The notes beneath the pieces are model-generated. The model did not search any database. It was not told the origin of the DNA and saw nothing but the letters and a program-made list of their open reading frames with translations. Below, in pieces: positions 63,520 to 64,000 of a stretch of 64,000 nucleotides of DNA. Source of the stretch: the human T2T-CHM13v2.0 reference genome, Homo sapiens; NCBI RefSeq assembly GCF_009914755.1, contig NC_060934.1, one strand, 5' to 3'. Each line of letters begins with the position of its first letter. Position 1 is the stretch's first letter. The position numbers and the translations under genes were made by a program.

Positions 63520-64000
63520 TCTTTCCTTTAGCTTAGCTCTTAGGCTTTTTCCTATCATTTCTTACCACCTTTCCTTCCAGGCATTGTAGGTCATTAAAAG
63601 TGCCTTGGACTGGGAATCAGGAGATGTGGTCTTAGCTGTCTCTTTGCTTCCAACTTGCATACAACACCCTAGGGCCAGTTCCTTCACCTTTCCCACACCT
63701 CAATTTCCTAGAGTCCAGGGATGATGATCCCTTTCACATGATCCTGAAATGGCTGCGGCTGGCTCACGTGGACTCGTGTTTGAAAGTGTGGAAAAACTGG
63801 AAACCGCCAAAGGCCAAAGACTGGTTTCATGATAACTGTCTTTCCAGTCTCATCTCTGGGGACATATAGATTCCACATAGTATATACCATTTTCACAAAT
63901 TTCTTTACATTGCAGCAAATTATTTGATTGTGAAGTATTTGTTTTCTTTATATTAAGGCACTGAAGTAGGATGTACAGGTAGAGCTGTGTCGCTTGTTAG

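Noticed and set aside
63708-63896. 62-aa minus-strand ORF and nearby CACGTG/GGAAA motifs
   Set aside because: No homology recognised, and the motif spacing does not fit an ISRE.

Overview
Primate, almost certainly human, non-coding genomic DNA: it contains a near-consensus AluYa5. I can support no protein-coding exon, tRNA, rRNA or CRISPR array. The window is dominated by transposable elements. There are roughly 75 Alu copies or fragments (about a third of the sequence by eye), many nested old and young L1 fragments, and one fragmented L2 that hosts a stack of later insertions (L1, a class III ERVL/HERV16-like provirus with a THE1 solo LTR inside it, and another LTR). It also holds a MaLR internal segment plus LTR, a decayed hAT-Charlie (Cheshire/MER58-like) transposon with a still-readable transposase, MER5/MER20/MIR fragments, a 5'-truncated U6 snRNA pseudogene and several microsatellites. 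Nearly all ORFs in the supplied track are Alu, L1, ERV or microsatellite translations. Most L1 and LTR elements lie on the minus strand, which hints at an intron of a plus-strand gene. I found no evidence for a new biological system. The best second-look items are a potentially polymorphic AluYa5, a 118-bp young L1PA inside an older L1 with a perfect 17-bp TSD, a ~48-bp target duplication, several fold-back template-switch scars, tightly spaced inverted Alu pairs, a 199-bp pure-purine GGAA tract and a few CpG/motif-rich unique patches. Subfamily names come from recalled consensus sequences and most boundaries are approximate.
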